The notes beneath the pieces were generated by a model that worked only from the letters and a program-made list of their open reading frames with translations, was not told the origin of the DNA and ran no database searches. This document shows, in pieces, positions 9,053-17,547 of a stretch of DNA of 64,000 bases. The stretch's first letter is position 1. Each line of letters opens with the position of its first letter. Source of the stretch: Nitrosopumilus sp. (lineage in GTDB: Archaea > Thermoproteota > Nitrososphaeria > Nitrososphaerales > Nitrosopumilaceae); the NCBI GenBank assembly GCA_014384555.1, contig JACNFR010000055.1, forward strand, positions 7,240-71,239, written 5' to 3'. A program made the position numbers and the translations under genes.

Positions 9053-10836
9053 TGTTTGTAATAGAAATTTCCAGTTGTTTTTTGATCCTTGTCTAATCTA
9101 CTTTCTAATTTGTTTACACGTGGTCTTAGACTTTTTTCATCTCGTCTAAATGACATGTCTAGCGATTTTAGAAATCTATTCATCGCATCAGCCTTTGGCA
9201 TAGGTGATGTCGCTCTACCTGCAGAACCTGATTCTCCTTCAAATATTATCATGGAATCTGAAACTAAATCCATTAATTGTAAATCGTGATCAATTATAAT
9301 TGCTGATTTACCAAAAGAACGAACAAATTTTTGTATAAATTTTGCTACTGCAATCCTATCCTCTACATCTAGAAATGCTGATGGTTCATCTAATGCATAC
9401 AAATCTACTTTTTGTAATAGACACGATGCAACTGCAACTTTTTGCAATTCTCCCCCCGAAAGATTTTTGATAGATTTATTGTAAAGTTTTTTAATTTTTA
9501 ATGGATCAAGTATCTGTTCTTCTTCCATGCTCCCTTCTACTGGATCTCCATTTGCTTTATCTAAAACTGCAATTACTTCTACATCCAGATCATTTTGAAG
9601 ATATTGTGGTTTGTATGCAATCTTAATTTTTTTATCAACACTACCTAAATCTGGTTTTTCAACACCAGCTATCATTTTCATCATGGTTGTTTTACCAAGT
9701 GCATTTGCTCCCATTATGCCTACAACTTCGCCCTTTCTTACCCTTCCAGCCTCAATTTCTACTGAAAATGAAGGGTATTTTTTTACTAATTTTGGATATG
9801 AAACAATTGTATTTCCTTCTTCAAAAATATCTGTAGTTGAAGATGATACATCCATTGAAAATTTCTTATCTCTGAATCGTACGTTTTCAGTTGGTAAATA
9901 TCCATCTAGAAAAACATTGATTCCAACTTTGGTGGATAAAATATTTGATACAATTCCGTATGCTGTAGGTTCTCCATACAATACTTCTATGTAGTCACTT
10001 AGAAAATCTAATAATGTTAAATCATGTTCTACCACCATAACACTTTTCCCTATTTTTGCCAAATTTTGTATTACTCTTGCTACTCCAGTTCTTTGAAAAA
10101 CATCATTGTATGATGATGGCTCATCAAAAAAATAAAACTCTGTATCTTTAGATGCTGATGCCGCAATTGCAATTCTTTGTAATTCTCCACCACTTAGTTC
10201 TTTCAGATTTTGTTCTATTGAGTTTTCTAATCCTAATGTTTTGATTAATTCTCTTGACACTCCCCGTTCATCATATTTGTCAAGTAATTCTTTCCCTGTT
10301 CCGTCAAATGCTTGAGCAAGATGATGTACTTGCTGCGGTTTTATTGAAGCTCGAATTTGTTTTTGTTCAATCTTTTCAAAATGTTGTTTAAGCTCTGTTC
10401 CACTATAATGTTTTAAAATTTCATCCCATTCTGGAGGATTTTCATATCTACCTAAATTTGGTTTTAGATTTCCTGATAGAATGTTTACAACTGTACTTTT
10501 ACCCATTCCATTTCTTCCCAAAAGTCCTACAACTTCTCCTTTTTTTGGAGTAGGCAACTTGTAAAGTCTAAATGAGTTCATACCATATTGATGAATTTTA
10601 TCTGTAGCTAACTCACTAGCAAGATTTACAATTGTAATTGCATCAAATGGGCACACTTTGACACAAATTCCACAACCATTGCAAATATCTTCATCAATTT
10701 GGGCTTTTTTTGACTCTTCATTTATCGTGACACATTCTGCACCTGATTTATTGACAGGACAATATTTGATGCATTCTAGACCACATTTTTGTGGCTGACA
10801 TAGATCTTGATCTAAAACTGCTACCCTGTGAGTCAT
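9049..10836 (-). CDS. abce1: ABCE1 / RNase L inhibitor-type ribosome recycling ATPase
   Basis: Two ferredoxin-type clusters (CQPQKCGLECIKYCP, CNGCGICVKVCP) and two ABC cassettes (GRNGMGKST, GANALGKTT; LSGGELQR/LSGGELQK). Start moved to Met36 of the track ORF (MTHRVAVLDQDLC), which matches the usual ABCE1 N-terminus. The longer ORF to 10941 would overlap the 5S rRNA gene. Confidence 0.9.
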   Translation of the reverse strand: MTHRVAVLDQDLCQPQKCGLECIKYCPVNKSGAECVTINEESKKAQIDEDICNGCGICVKVCPFDAITIVNLASELATDKIHQYGMNSFRLYKLPTPKKGEVVGLLGRNGMGKSTVVNILSGNLKPNLGRYENPPEWDEILKHYSGTELKQHFEKIEQKQIRASIKPQQVHHLAQAFDGTGKELLDKYDERGVSRELIKTLGLENSIEQNLKELSGGELQRIAIAASASKDTEFYFFDEPSSYNDVFQRTGVARVIQNLAKIGKSVMVVEHDLTLLDFLSDYIEVLYGEPTAYGIVSNILSTKVGINVFLDGYLPTENVRFRDKKFSMDVSSSTTDIFEEGNTIVSYPKLVKKYPSFSVEIEAGRVRKGEVVGIMGANALGKTTMMKMIAGVEKPDLGSVDKKIKIAYKPQYLQNDLDVEVIAVLDKANGDPVEGSMEEEQILDPLKIKKLYNKSIKNLSGGELQKVAVASCLLQKVDLYALDEPSAFLDVEDRIAVAKFIQKFVRSFGKSAIIIDHDLQLMDLVSDSMIIFEGESGSAGRATSPMPKADAMNRFLKSLDMSFRRDEKSLRPRVNKLESRLDKDQKTTGNFYYKH

Positions 10837-10932
10837 GTTGTAATTCGGTATTTTCTTTGCTTTATACCTATTTTGAGCATATTTCAAATCTGGCGTTACG
10901 TTAATAGATGAGAATTTGACATCAAATTTCAA
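10837..10932. promoter_or_regulatory. divergent promoter region for ABCE1 (minus) and 5S rRNA (plus)
   Basis: TATAAA on the minus strand (10861-10866) lies 24 nt upstream of the ABCE1 ATG at 10836, suggesting a leaderless or near-leaderless mRNA. TTAATA on the plus strand (10901-10906) lies 26 nt upstream of the 5S 5' end. Confidence 0.4.
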
Positions 10933-11046
10933 GCCGGCCATAGCGTTAGGGTGCGACCCAATCCCGTTCCGAACTTGGAAGTCAAACCTGACGTCGCTGT
11001 TGTGCTACTAAGATGCGAGAGCTCTTGGGAAGCAACGGTGCTGGCA
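10933..11046 (+). rRNA. rrf: 5S ribosomal RNA (ends approximate)
   Basis: Contains the conserved CCCGTTCCGAACTTGGAAGTCAAAC block. The 5' GCCGGC pairs with the 3' GCTGGC (one G-U) to form helix I. A T-run (TTTT) follows immediately. No 16S/23S nearby. Confidence 0.85.
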
Positions 11047-11103
11047 TTTTCTACTTTACAATCAATCTTTTAATATTCAATTAATTGGATTGATGTGAAA
11101 TCA

Positions 11104-11232
11104 ATGCCTAATTGTAGTGTTTGTGGAGAAATATGTGATAATGATATTCGATTACTAAATCATATGATGGAAAAACATGGTTGGAGAAATCCAAATGTTG
11201 GAACGCCTGATAGGAATAGTCGAGGCTACTAA
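11104..11232 (+). CDS. 42-aa C2H2 zinc-finger mini-protein (not in the ORF track, below its length cut-off)
   Basis: My translation: MPNCSVCGEICDNDIRLLNHMMEKHGWRNPNVGTPDRNSRGY. C4-x2-C7-x12-H20-x4-H25 is the classical C2H2 spacing. Convergent with pepA, with 2 nt between the stops. Confidence 0.45.
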   Translation: MPNCSVCGEICDNDIRLLNHMMEKHGWRNPNVGTPDRNSRGY

Positions 11233-11234
11233 TT

Positions 11235-12707
11235 TTATAAATTTTGCAAATAATCTAAAATCAATCTTACACCAAAACCTGTAGCTCCTTTTGGATTGTA
11301 TGATTTTTCTTTTGTAGCTCCCTGTGTCCATGCAACTCCTGCAATGTCGATATGTATCCATGGTGTTTTTTCAATTGCATTTCTCAAAAATGCAGCTGCA
11401 GTAATTGTCCCAGCTGCTCTTCCTATGCCTACATTTTTCATATCTGCAACATCTGATTTTATCATATCCATATAGTCTTGATTCAATGGTAACTCCCAAA
11501 CTTCTTCAGTTGTTCTTTTTGAAGAGTCAATGATTTTCTTTGTTAGTTTCTCATCATTTGATACAATTGCTGCTACATTGGTACCTAATGCTACAATACA
11601 TGCACCTGTGAGAGTTGCAAAATCAATGATTGTCTTTGGGGAATAATGTTTTTCCCCATATGATAACGCATCAGCTAAAATCAATCTACCTTCTGCATCT
11701 GTATTTAGAATTTCTGCAGTTTTTCCACTGTATAATTTTATTATATCTCCAGGTCTGTATGATTCTCCGCCTGGCATATTTTCAACTGAAGGGACAATAC
11801 CTACAACATTGATTGGAAGTTTTAATTCTGAAATTGATTTCATTATTCCTAAAACTGTACATCCTCCACATTTGTCAAATTTCATTTCATCCATCGCAGC
11901 TCCTGGTTTCAAAGAAATCCCGCCTGTGTCAAATGTTACTGCTTTTCCTACTAAGACTATTGGTTTTTCATTTTTTCGTCCTAGGCTGTGTTCTAAAATA
12001 ATTAATTTTGGTTGATTGTTACTTCCTTGACCTACTGATGAAATTCCCCCAAATCCCTTTTTCTTTAATTCTGGTTCCGAAATGATACTGCATTTCATTT
12101 TATTTTTCTTAGACATATTTTTTGCAAAGTTTGCTAATGTTGTAGGAGTACATTCGTTTGGAGGCAAATTGGCAATACTTTTGGTAAATATTGCACCGTC
12201 TGCAATAATCTCAGATATTTTGATTGCTTTTGAAATTTTATTTGATTTTGAAATAATAATGGTGAGATTTGGTGAAGTTTCTATTTTCTCTGTCTTGAAT
12301 TTATCGAATTTGTAAAGGGCCATTTTAGCACCTTCAATTATTTGAGAAACTGCAGAAATTGATTCAGTTACATAACTTGGAGGTGCTATTATTGAAAATT
12401 CGGATAGTTTCAACTCTCTTGCTTTTAGAGCAATTTTCCCTGAAACAAATCTAATCGTATCTTCTGTGATGTTCTCTTTCTTTCCAATACCTGCAAGTAG
12501 GATTCTTTGTACAGGTTTTTTTCCCGGGATGGGGATTATACTTAGTTTTCCTAATTTTCCTTCCATGTCTTTTAGAGATTGGTTAATTGTTGAAGTAGTG
12601 TTACTATCAAATTTTGGTAATCCTAAAACTTTGTTAGAATTTTCTAACACAAATCCACATAGTAGATTTGTTTTCTTTTTTGCAGAATTTTCAGTTTTTA
12701 TCTTCAC
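11235..12707 (-). CDS. pepA: leucyl aminopeptidase (M17 family)
   Basis: 490 aa with the NTDAEGRLILADAL signature and VGKAVTFDTGGISLKP. Confidence 0.9.
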   Translation of the reverse strand: MKIKTENSAKKKTNLLCGFVLENSNKVLGLPKFDSNTTSTINQSLKDMEGKLGKLSIIPIPGKKPVQRILLAGIGKKENITEDTIRFVSGKIALKARELKLSEFSIIAPPSYVTESISAVSQIIEGAKMALYKFDKFKTEKIETSPNLTIIISKSNKISKAIKISEIIADGAIFTKSIANLPPNECTPTTLANFAKNMSKKNKMKCSIISEPELKKKGFGGISSVGQGSNNQPKLIILEHSLGRKNEKPIVLVGKAVTFDTGGISLKPGAAMDEMKFDKCGGCTVLGIMKSISELKLPINVVGIVPSVENMPGGESYRPGDIIKLYSGKTAEILNTDAEGRLILADALSYGEKHYSPKTIIDFATLTGACIVALGTNVAAIVSNDEKLTKKIIDSSKRTTEEVWELPLNQDYMDMIKSDVADMKNVGIGRAAGTITAAAFLRNAIEKTPWIHIDIAGVAWTQGATKEKSYNPKGATGFGVRLILDYLQNL

Positions 12708-12744
12708 TATGAAATCTTCTTTTTTGAAGTATTATTTAGATTTA

Positions 12745-13122
12745 CTATAGATCTATTATTTTGCTATTTGTAATAAGACTTGATGATCTTACAAATACGG
12801 CTTTGATTGTTTTACAATCTTGCTTACAATCATCATCTATTTTAGACATTGATGATTTTTTTGTTTTTTCAGATAAAATTGATTTTAATAATGGGAGTAA
12901 AGCTGCTCTTCCTCCACAAGCTCTTTTTTGATTAATGAACCAAAACATATCCAATGCTGATTCATCCAAAATAGTTTTCCTAATTTTTTCCCCAAATTCT
13001 GAATAGTGTCCTACCATTGTAATTTTATCTCTGGCAATAAAATTAATCATTTTTGCAAATTTCATGCACAAATAACATTGATTATCAAATAATACAATTG
13101 GAGTATTTTCTTTAATTTCCAT
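12745..13122 (-). CDS. DCC-family (DUF393) thiol-disulfide oxidoreductase
   Basis: 125 aa with an N-terminal LFDNQCYLCMKF C-x2-C motif in the position typical for the DCC family. Confidence 0.7.
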   Translation of the reverse strand: MEIKENTPIVLFDNQCYLCMKFAKMINFIARDKITMVGHYSEFGEKIRKTILDESALDMFWFINQKRACGGRAALLPLLKSILSEKTKKSSMSKIDDDCKQDCKTIKAVFVRSSSLITNSKIIDL

Positions 13123-13191
13123 AATAATGTTGAAATAACGATCAAATTAAAATTTTACAAACTTAATACTTGATATTTATTTTAATTATTT

Positions 13192-13755
13192 ATGACATTA
13201 ATTTCTAATAATTTTGATTCTAGTACTAAGACTGGCAAATTCCCTTGTGTTTCATGTCATACTGAGTGTTGTAAAGAATATGTGATTTTTGTTAATGCTC
13301 ACGATGTTCACAGACTTTCCAAAGGATTGGAAATGTCTCCTGAGACTTTTTTAGAGATTTATGGTGCCAAGGACTTTTCTCTAGGAATAAAGGTGAAAGA
13401 AGGATTGATAGATCTTGCCTTGAAACAACAAAATAGTACATGTGAATTTCTTGAAGAAACTAAAGATGTCTTTAGATGTACAGTTAATGATTTCAAGCCA
13501 GGAGTGTGTAAATCATATCCATTTGAAATGAAAAATGGAAAATTGACTCAGATGAGTAGTATGATGTGCCCAGTAGATTGGGATCTGTTAGAATTTGAGA
13601 AGATGATGAAAATACATCTTAAAAAAGATGAATCTGAGTGGAAATTCTATGATGCACTTGTAAAGGATTGGAATGGAAATCATGGGGTGAAAAAATCATT
13701 ATCTGAATTTTTGAAATTCATGTTAGATAAAGTAGAGTCCTCTTTAACATCTTAA
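13192..13755 (+). CDS. YkgJ-type cysteine-cluster protein (CxxCxxCC putative Fe/Zn binding)
   Basis: 187 aa with CVSCHTECCKEY near the N-terminus and further Cys residues (CTVNDFKPGVC, MMCP). Confidence 0.65.
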   Translation: MTLISNNFDSSTKTGKFPCVSCHTECCKEYVIFVNAHDVHRLSKGLEMSPETFLEIYGAKDFSLGIKVKEGLIDLALKQQNSTCEFLEETKDVFRCTVNDFKPGVCKSYPFEMKNGKLTQMSSMMCPVDWDLLEFEKMMKIHLKKDESEWKFYDALVKDWNGNHGVKKSLSEFLKFMLDKVESSLTS

Positions 13756-13847
13756 TTATATGATTTGTATTAAGATCTCTCTATTTTTGTAGTTTCAGAA
13801 TTTGTGGTTTTCTTTAGAAGTAGATTTTTATTCAATTTACCAGGATA

Positions 13848-15524
13848 ATGTTGCAGATGGGGCTTAACTATTATCAAATTAAGAAAAATATTCTTCGAGC
13901 TCGTAAATTAGTGATTAAAGGAACTAATGCTGCAGGATCTGGTCATCCTGGAGGTTCATTTTCTATGGCAGAAATATTGGGATGCTTATTCGGTAAATAT
14001 CTTAAATTTGATCCTCAAAATCCCCAATGGGAAGACAGGGATAGATTAGTTTTATCTAAAGGCCATGCAGCTCCTGGATTATTTTCAAATATGGCAGTTG
14101 CAGGATATTTTCCAGAGTCTGAAATTGAAACATTAAGAAAATTTGGTAGTAAATTACAAGGACATCCTGATCTCAAATGTCCTGGTGTGGAATTTTGTGG
14201 AGGTTCGTTAGGTACTGGATTATCATATTCTGTTGGAATTGCACTAGCTGCAAAAATTGATTCTAAAAATCACCACGTCTATACCATTATTGGCGATGGG
14301 GAGTCAGATGAAGGACAAGTTTGGGAGGCTGCCATGACTGCTTCAAAATACAAAGTTGATAATCTGACAGCTTTTCTTGATAGAAATTTCATTCAACAGG
14401 ACTCATACACTGAAAGAGTAATGCCACTTGACGAAAAATTAGAGGGAGATGATATATCTGAAATGTGGAAGGATGCATCTCGCTGGAAAACCGGTGATAA
14501 ATGGAGATCTTTTGGTTGGAATGTGATTGAAATTGATGGACATAGAGTAGAACAGATTGATGCAGCCATTGCAAAAGCAAATGCTACAAAAGGAGTTCCT
14601 ACGATGATAATTTCTAGAACAATTAAAGGAAAATCTATAGAACACATGGAAGATAATCCTCAATGGCATGGAAAAGCTCCTGACTCAGACATTGTTCCGA
14701 TAATTAATCTTGAATTAGATTCACAATTCATGATTTCACCATCTATCATTGCTGGTGACATGACAAATTTAGAAAATGAAATTAAACGATGTGTATCTGG
14801 TCGAGCTGATTATATTCATCTGGATGTAATGGATGGACAGTTTGTTCCAACAAAAACTTTTGATCATTCTAAAATCAAAGAACTAAGACCGTTAACCATA
14901 ATTCCATTTGATACTCATTTAATGATCAATGAACCCGTGAAACATGTTAAAGATTACATTGATGCTGGTAGTGACATTATCACTGTCCATGCAGAAGTTA
15001 CTGATGAATCAAGCTTTGGGGAAATTCATGATTTATTAAAACAAAATCAAGTTGGTGTCGGTTTTTCAATAAACCCTGATACTGAATTGCCTGAATGGTC
15101 TTACAAATTCTTACAGTCGCTTGATCAACTAATTGTAATGTCCGTAGTCCCTGGAAAATCAGGTCAAAAATACATTGAAGAAACACATGCAAAAATGTCT
15201 AGATTAAACTCTGTCCTAAAAGAACATAATTTTACGGGTTACATTGAGGCTGATGGCGGCGTAAATCTTGAAAATATTGGGTCTGTATTCACTGATGGTG
15301 CACGTGCTTTTGTTGGAGGTGGTGCCATTATTGGACAACAAGATGTTAGAGCAGCCATAGGTGATTTTAGAACTGAAGTTTTGAAATCTCGAAGACGAAG
15401 TTTGATTGATAAAGCAAATGAACTAGGCGGAATTGATTTGGTAAACCGATGGATTGGTTTGCATGTCATTGGAAAAAAACAAGACGAACTTAAAAAAATT
15501 GCACAGGAGGCAGGATATCTTTGA
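13848..15524 (+). CDS. fusion protein: transketolase N-terminal (TPP-binding) subunit + ribulose-phosphate 3-epimerase
   Basis: aa 1-~290 carry GSGHPGGSFSMAEIL, LSKGHAAP and GDGESDEGQVWEA (TK N-terminal subunit). aa ~295-520 carry ISPSIIAGD, HLDVMDGQFVP, FDTHLM, VMSVVPGKSGQK and EADGGV (Rpe). One uninterrupted frame, with in-frame Met295 at 14730. Confidence 0.9.
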   Translation: MLQMGLNYYQIKKNILRARKLVIKGTNAAGSGHPGGSFSMAEILGCLFGKYLKFDPQNPQWEDRDRLVLSKGHAAPGLFSNMAVAGYFPESEIETLRKFGSKLQGHPDLKCPGVEFCGGSLGTGLSYSVGIALAAKIDSKNHHVYTIIGDGESDEGQVWEAAMTASKYKVDNLTAFLDRNFIQQDSYTERVMPLDEKLEGDDISEMWKDASRWKTGDKWRSFGWNVIEIDGHRVEQIDAAIAKANATKGVPTMIISRTIKGKSIEHMEDNPQWHGKAPDSDIVPIINLELDSQFMISPSIIAGDMTNLENEIKRCVSGRADYIHLDVMDGQFVPTKTFDHSKIKELRPLTIIPFDTHLMINEPVKHVKDYIDAGSDIITVHAEVTDESSFGEIHDLLKQNQVGVGFSINPDTELPEWSYKFLQSLDQLIVMSVVPGKSGQKYIEETHAKMSRLNSVLKEHNFTGYIEADGGVNLENIGSVFTDGARAFVGGGAIIGQQDVRAAIGDFRTEVLKSRRRSLIDKANELGGIDLVNRWIGLHVIGKKQDELKKIAQEAGYL

Positions 15525-16495
15525 ATGAACCAATTATGACTGATATGCGTTCAGAATATTCAAAATCATTAATTGAACTAGGAAAAGAAAATCCAAGTGT
15601 TGTTGTTTTAGGTGCAGACACTACTGATTCATTAAAAACTTCTGGATTTGGAAAAGAATTCCCTGATAGATTCTTTAATGTTGGTATTGCAGAAGCAAAT
15701 CTCGTAACTATTTCAGCTGGATTGGCATTTTCTGGAAAAATTTCATTTGCTAGTACTTATGCCATATTTTTACCTGGACGAGCAGTTGATCAAATTCGAA
15801 ATAATATTGCTTATCCATCACCTCCTGGAAAAAAAGGTCTTAATGTAAAATTAGTTACATCCCATGGAGGTCTTTCTGTAGGCCCTGACGGGGGTTCTCA
15901 TCAAACAATTGAAGATATTGCAATTATGAGAGTAATTCCTAATTTTCGAGTTTTTATCCCTGCTGATACTGTTGCTGTTTCAAAATTAACACAATTGATG
16001 GCAAGAGAATATGGGCCATTTTATATGAGAATGGCAAGATCTGTAACTCCTTTAGTTCATTCTGATTCTCAGGAATTTCAAATTGGAAAAGGAATCACCT
16101 TAAGGGATGGTTCGGATTGCACTATTGCAGCATGTGGAATTACTGTTAGAATGGCTTTAGAAGCTGCTGAATCTTTACAACAAGAAGGAATTTCCTGTAG
16201 AGTTTTAGATATGTTTTCAATAAAACCTATTGACAATGAATTATTAGAAAAAGCTGCTAGAGAGACTGGATGTATTGTGACCACCGAAGAACATAATATT
16301 ATTGGTGGAATGGGCTCTGCAGTTACAGAATCTATTTCTGAATCTTACCCTGTACCGATAAAGAGAATTGGAGCCCAAGATATGTTCGGAGAGTCTGCTC
16401 GAGATAATGAAGTTCCATCACTATTGGAAAAACATGGAATAACATCTTTTAATATGGTAAAACAAGTCAAAGAAATTAGGAGTAAAAAACTATGA
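15521..16495 (+). CDS. transketolase C-terminal (pyrimidine-binding) subunit
   Basis: FFNVGIAEANLV and SHGGLSVGPDGGSHQTIEDIA motifs. The start is either TTG 15521 (TTGA overlap with the upstream stop) or ATG 15536. Confidence 0.9.
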   Translation: MNEPIMTDMRSEYSKSLIELGKENPSVVVLGADTTDSLKTSGFGKEFPDRFFNVGIAEANLVTISAGLAFSGKISFASTYAIFLPGRAVDQIRNNIAYPSPPGKKGLNVKLVTSHGGLSVGPDGGSHQTIEDIAIMRVIPNFRVFIPADTVAVSKLTQLMAREYGPFYMRMARSVTPLVHSDSQEFQIGKGITLRDGSDCTIAACGITVRMALEAAESLQQEGISCRVLDMFSIKPIDNELLEKAARETGCIVTTEEHNIIGGMGSAVTESISESYPVPIKRIGAQDMFGESARDNEVPSLLEKHGITSFNMVKQVKEIRSKKL

Positions 16496-17160
16496 AAATT
16501 TTTCTAGACACTGCAAATCTTGAATCCATTAGAAAATTCAATGACATGGGATTGTTAGATGGAATCACTACGAACCCTTCACTAATGTCCAAAGAAGGAG
16601 GCAATCCAAAGGATGCAATGGAGGAGATTACAAAAATTATCAAGGGTGATGTAAGTTTGGAAGTTGTTAGTACTGAATATTCTGGAATGATGGAAGAGGG
16701 TAAACGACTTCGCCAATATGGAAAAAATGTTGTAGTAAAAGTTCCAATGACTCCTGATGGTCTAAAAGCATGTAAATCCCTTTCATCAGAAGGTATTCCT
16801 GTTAATGTTACATTGATCTTTTCTGCAAACCAAGCTTTACTGGCAGCAAAGTCTGGTGCAAAATATGTTAGTCCATTTATTGGAAGATTGGATGATGTTG
16901 GTCAAGATGGAATGAAATTGATTGAAGACATTAAAGAAATTTTTGAAAACTACCCTGATTTTAAAACTCAGATACTTGTTGCAAGTATTCGTCATCCAGT
17001 ACATGTTGTTGATGCTGCAAAAATTGGAGCTGATGTTGTCACTTTGCCTCCTGCAGTTTTAGATAAGATGTTAGAACATCCATTAACAAAAATTGGTCTT
17101 GAAAATTTCCTTGCTGATTGGGACAAGTTAAAATCTCAAAATCCTGATATTAAAATTTAG
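16492..17160 (+). CDS. tal: transaldolase (short, fructose-6-phosphate aldolase-like type)
   Basis: 222 aa with MKIFLDTANLESI, GITTNPSL, VVVKVPMT (Schiff-base Lys) and SPFIGRLDD. ATGA overlap with the preceding gene. Confidence 0.9.
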   Translation: MKIFLDTANLESIRKFNDMGLLDGITTNPSLMSKEGGNPKDAMEEITKIIKGDVSLEVVSTEYSGMMEEGKRLRQYGKNVVVKVPMTPDGLKACKSLSSEGIPVNVTLIFSANQALLAAKSGAKYVSPFIGRLDDVGQDGMKLIEDIKEIFENYPDFKTQILVASIRHPVHVVDAAKIGADVVTLPPAVLDKMLEHPLTKIGLENFLADWDKLKSQNPDIKI

Positions 17161-17207
17161 AGAATATTCTCTAAAGATATCTATAAAAATTAAAATTTGA
17201 GGTTTTT

Positions 17208-17480
17208 CTATGCTGATCCTTTGTTTGTGCTTTTTCTTGAACTAGTTCCTCTACCTGTACTTCTAGTCATTCCTTCAGTTGAAGGTCTAGCTTTTGGATC
17301 TGGCATATCGCCTAATCTTCTTGAACCAGTTCCACGACCTGTGTGGACCATTCTACCTGCTGTTGCTTTCTTTCTAGCTTCTTGGATCTTTCTAAACTCA
17401 TCTCCAGACCATTTGGAAGCATCTTCATCAACTTCGATAGTTCCTGTACCTCTACCTGTTCTTATTCTAATTTTCCCCAT
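17208..17480 (-). CDS. small basic protein with three TGRGT(G/S) repeats, unknown function
   Basis: 90 aa, hydrophilic, no Cys. TGRGTGT, TGRGTGS and TGRGTSS recur. The opposite-strand ORF (17197..17487) has shadow-like composition (L/P/V/F-rich). Confidence 0.5.
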   Translation of the reverse strand: MGKIRIRTGRGTGTIEVDEDASKWSGDEFRKIQEARKKATAGRMVHTGRGTGSRRLGDMPDPKARPSTEGMTRSTGRGTSSRKSTNKGSA

Positions 17481-17547
17481 AATTTAGATTAAATTATCTT
17501 GTATTTATCTAAGCTCATTTTTTGTTAGTAAATCTAGATTTCTAATT

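Noticed and set aside
10837-10941. N-terminal 35 codons of track ORF 9049..10941 (ABCE1)
   Set aside because: It would overlap the 5S rRNA 5' end and is not part of ABCE1 as I know it. A TATA-like box sits 24 nt upstream of the internal ATG at 10836.
11155-11361. 68-aa minus-strand ORF overlapping the pepA 3' end
   Set aside because: It is out of frame within pepA and extends into the C2H2 mini-ORF region. It has no motif and a shadow-like sequence.
17197-17487. Plus-strand 96-aa ORF opposite the TGRGTG-repeat gene
   Set aside because: Its hydrophobic L/P/V-rich sequence mirrors the Gly/Arg/Thr codons of the minus-strand gene. The minus-strand product looks more protein-like, but this is not proven (see finding).
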